DNA of 63,459 nucleotides, filler included, from Hausera hauseri (Eukaryota): NCBI GenBank assembly GCA_046269625.1. It is 11 parts of 11 records of this genome, joined end to end, with 100 filler letters (N's around TTAATTAATTAA, not from the genome) between each part and the next. Parts side by side here need not be neighbours in the genome. Positions count along the whole stretch, not along the records: positions 58,638 to 63,459 come from JBJURY010424142.1; 10 more parts are not named here. One strand, 5' to 3'. Shown piece by piece: positions 59,829 to 63,459 of this stretch (position 1 is its first letter; each line of letters starts with the position of its first letter). The notes under the pieces were generated by a model. It saw only the letters and a program-made list of their open reading frames with translations, ran no database searches and was not told where the DNA came from. The position numbers and the translations under genes were made by a program.

Positions 59829-62800
59829 TTATTGAAAGATTTGAAGAATTGTTTGAGCATTTCGTTGAAAGAATCGCAGTTGGATTGTGGAGGCGCCCGT
59901 TATAAAATAACACTGTTGGGGCGAAAGCAAGAAGACAAAAGAGAGAGGTGTAGTCGAACTATTAAAAGAAGCAAATTTTTGATGTGATAGAAACAAAAAA
60001 ACGTGGAAAGAATACTTTTTTCGAGATATTGCATCTTTGTATGAACAAAGAGTTGAATTTTGTCGACATTCGTTCTCTGCTGTATTTGCTGAAAAAAAAA
60101 ACCGTCTTGTTGATATTACTGTGCTGTTTGATTCTTGCTGAGTTGATTGGTAGGAAGTGAAATTTTGATTTGACGTGTCAGCAGTTTCAGAACTATTCAG
60201 TATGTCGTTTAGCGTAGTTTTTTGTATTGATGCAGGTTTTGGAGTAGTAGGTTGTCGTGTAGGTAGAATGGAGGAAGAATTGAAGGCGTCAAGGAAGGTG
60301 AAGGATTTTTTAACCACACGAACTTTGCATTAAATAGCGAGTCAGGTATGTACGTTTTGTCTCCATGTACTATTTTGCAGAAAGAGTCCTGGCCTAATTG
60401 TACGAAATGACCTTGTGCGGATCTAATTGTCTCATCAGTTGGTGTGTTATCTAAATCGGTCAGCTCAAAANNNNNNNNNNGTGCAGACCTATTGGTTTCG
60501 TTAGTTGGTGTGTTGACAAGTTGGTGAACTCAAAAAGTGCACGAATTGTGGTACCAAAGAGTACTTCAGCGGATGCGCAGCCGGTGGTAGTAGACGGCGT
60601 GTTGCGCCACCGAGTAAAACAAAAAGGAAAATGGTTGTCCAATTCTTATGAGTTTAGGCCAGGATTTTTAACGAGATCTTGAGAGTGCGATGAAAGCGTT
60701 CCAATAAGCCGTTCGACTGGGGATGATATGGAGTTGTGTGTATGCGGTTTATGCCTAGTCGATTAACTAAAGATTTGAATAGGTTCGATTCAAATTGGGG
60801 ACCTTGGTCAGTAATTATATAACGAGGTTAACCGAACCGGCTAATCCAAGTCCTTAAGAATGCATCGGCAATGAAGTCTAGATTGATGGAGCGCAAAGGG
60901 ACGGCTTCAGGCCAACGAGATGCGCGGTCCATCATTGTTAAGATAAATTGTTGGCCGTTATAGGAAGGTAATAGGCCGACGATATCTAAATGTACAGATT
61001 CAAAACGGTGCGTGCAGGGAAAGTGAAATAAAGGTGGCTTGAGATGCTTAGCTACTTTGAATTTTTGGCAAGCCACACATTGTCTAACCCAATCCTATAC
61101 GTCAGACCTAATCGATGACCATATTACGTGACGTTTGTGAAGGCGGAATGTAGCCTTAGAACCTGGATGATGCAAAGAATGAACATGTTGAAATGCAGTT
61201 TGTTGAAAAGGAGGTGCCAAAATTGGCCAATGTTGTCCAGGTGTCGTAGTATCCATGGTTATTCCATCGATGATTTGCACGGATTTGTATTGTCTAAGGA
61301 TTTCATTGGAAAGTGGATTTTGGATTAACTGGTCTTTTGAAAATATGCGTGTGACGCTAATTGCTCCAACTGAACGTGATAGAAAATCGGCTATTAAATT
61401 GTCTGTGTCGGAAATATGGCAAATTTTGAAATTAAATGTGGACAGATATGAGATATGACGTTCTTGTCGGAGTGATGGTTGTTTCATGTTCATTACGTGA
61501 AGGAGAGGTTTGTTGTCAGTTTGAATGGTGAAGGAACGAGCGATAAGCAGGTGTGAAAAATGTTTCAGAGCTAAAACATTAGCCAGGAGTTCTCTATCGA
61601 AGGTAGAATAGCGGTGTTTTTCTGGCTGCAGCATGCGCGAAAAAAATTTTAACGGTTCATTTGTACCTTGAGATATTTCATAAAGAACCACTCCTACTGC
61701 TGTAGTTGATAAGTCGGTTGTTAGAATAAGGCCAGCATCAGGTTTTGGGTAGGCTAAAATTTCGACTGTTTTGAGTTTGTCACGAAATTCATCGAACTGG
61801 TTAATAAGTTCTGGTGTCCAATATATAAGCTTTTTCTTAGACCCTGGTCCTAGTTGAGCGAAAGGAGCAGTTAACTGGCTCCAGTGTGGGATGTATTTAT
61901 GGATAAAATGTAAAGTCCCAAGGAAACTACGCACATCAGTAGTGGTTTTTGGTAGATCGATGTTTCGTAGATGATGGATTCTATCAGGCTGTGGACTGTG
62001 GCCGTCAGTTGTGATGACGTGGTCAAGAAAATTTACCTTTTTCTGAAAGAAGGAGCATTTAGAAAAGTTAGCTTGCAAACTGTAGTTGTGCAAGCGTTGA
62101 AAAACTAGTCTGAGATATTCTTCGTGTTGTTTGGGCGATGCCAATGACTAATATGTCATCAATATATGGATATGCAAATGGCAAACCAGAAAAAACCAAA
62201 TCGATGTGCCACTGGAAAGTTTGTGTTGCGTTCTTTAAACCGAACGGCATAAATGCGTATTCGAAAAGACCGAAAGGTGTTATAATGGCCATTTTTGGGA
62301 TGTCTTCGGGTGCTACCGGTATTTGGTGGTAGGCTTTTTTGAGATCTATGGTTGAATAAATCGTAGTCTTATGTAAAGAATGCAATATATCCTTTATCAA
62401 CGGTAGAAGATAAGCATCCGTGGTTGTGACATTATTAAGTTGTCGATAGTCGCCGCATGGACGGAACGTGCCATCTTTGGGACGACGTGGAGTGGTGTTG
62501 CCCATGGTGATTTGGAGCGTTTTATGATGCCAGCTTGCTCGAGTGCAGAGAATTCTGCTTGTACCGCCTATCGACGGCGTGGTGAAAGTGGGCGGTTTTT
62601 GTCTAACGGGCCTAGGATTTTCTGTGATGATATGATGAAACGTTGTGTTAGCCGGTTGAAATGCTGGGTCTTTTTTAATTGTATGGAAACAAGATTTGAT
62701 TAGATATTGTTGCAGTTCTTAGCTAAGTATAGTAAAGGCTGTTGTTGTCACAACAGGGGTTTGATTGGACTTAGTGTGAGAAATTCTAGAGATCGAGTCG

Positions 62801-63459
62801 CTTTTTGTTCCTCTATTACTAGACTGCAACAAAAATGTTGGATTATTTATTTAGACATTAATGACGTTATTATTTGTGTTGGCTGATGGTTCTTTTAATA
62901 TCGATTTTATAGGCGAGATAGGTTGCGTGATTTGTTGGTTATTCGTAAAGGTAGGTTTTGTTGAACTACTTTAGATGATCCGACGTTGTCTACAATTAAC
63001 AAGGAGGTTGTAGAAAAATAAGAAATCAGATTCAAGTATTGGAGATTGTGTGTCGGCAACGATGGATGTCCAATTGAAAATGTCGGAGAATGGTGGTAAC
63101 GTGAATGAAACTTTGAATGTGCCGAAAATGCGTAAAGCTTGGCTATTTTCTGTGTACAGTTTGGTGTTAGACGGTGAGATAGATAGTGTTTTGATGGATG
63201 GTGGTAANNNNNNNNNNATAAAGAAACAGCGGCCCCAGAGTCAATGAGGAAATTGATTGACTGATTAGATTCGGAGGTTAGAGAAGCTTTTAGTGTAAAA
63301 ATCACATAAGTACGGCTATAAGATTGAAATTGTTTGCTTGTGCCAGTATGTGCCGAAACATCTGGCGGCTTTATAAGTTTTATGGAGGCACAGTTCTTAT
63401 GTTGGTAAAAAAGGTAGGTCGTGGTGAATTAGATCGATTAGCGAAAGTGAACCTGTAAT
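59829..63459 (-). mobile_element. Degenerate CsRn1-like gypsy element (gag end, PR, RT, RH, INT, S/T tail), close to the family at 1104-4497
   Basis: FLIDSGAAVS, RPCGDYRQLN, YIDDIL, STFDRELL, HLDIVG, RWPEAVP, HPQSNG. Confidence 0.94.

Overview
This is eukaryotic DNA. It is 11 unrelated contigs joined by artificial 100-nt N...TTAATTAATTAA...N linkers. Ten contigs come from an AT-rich invertebrate animal and are dominated by decayed mobile DNA. They contain CsRn1/Kabuki-like Ty3/gypsy elements with very short (102-109 bp) GC-rich LTR-like termini, a second gypsy family, four Polinton/Maverick ends (two next to protein-primed PolB), RTE LINE fragments and a tRNA-type SINE. They also contain mosaics of broken host-gene fragments (PLC, delta-catenin, axonemal dynein, DDB1, talin) and a large teneurin exon. 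One contig (43225-54245) looks teleost. It carries a 12-exon gene encoding a Zn finger, a degenerate tyrosine-recombinase domain and a SET domain, plus an intact CR1/L2-group LINE and a Rex3-like RTE fragment. The four most notable signals are: (1) an LTR-gag element carrying a chuvirus-like class III glycoprotein with no pol between gag and env; (2) co-oriented intronless host-gene mosaics repeatedly abutting mini-LTRs; (3) a variable cargo slot behind a conserved Polinton terminal repeat; (4) the YR-SET gene with a frame-rescued exon duplication. All family calls are by motif recognition only; no database search was run.
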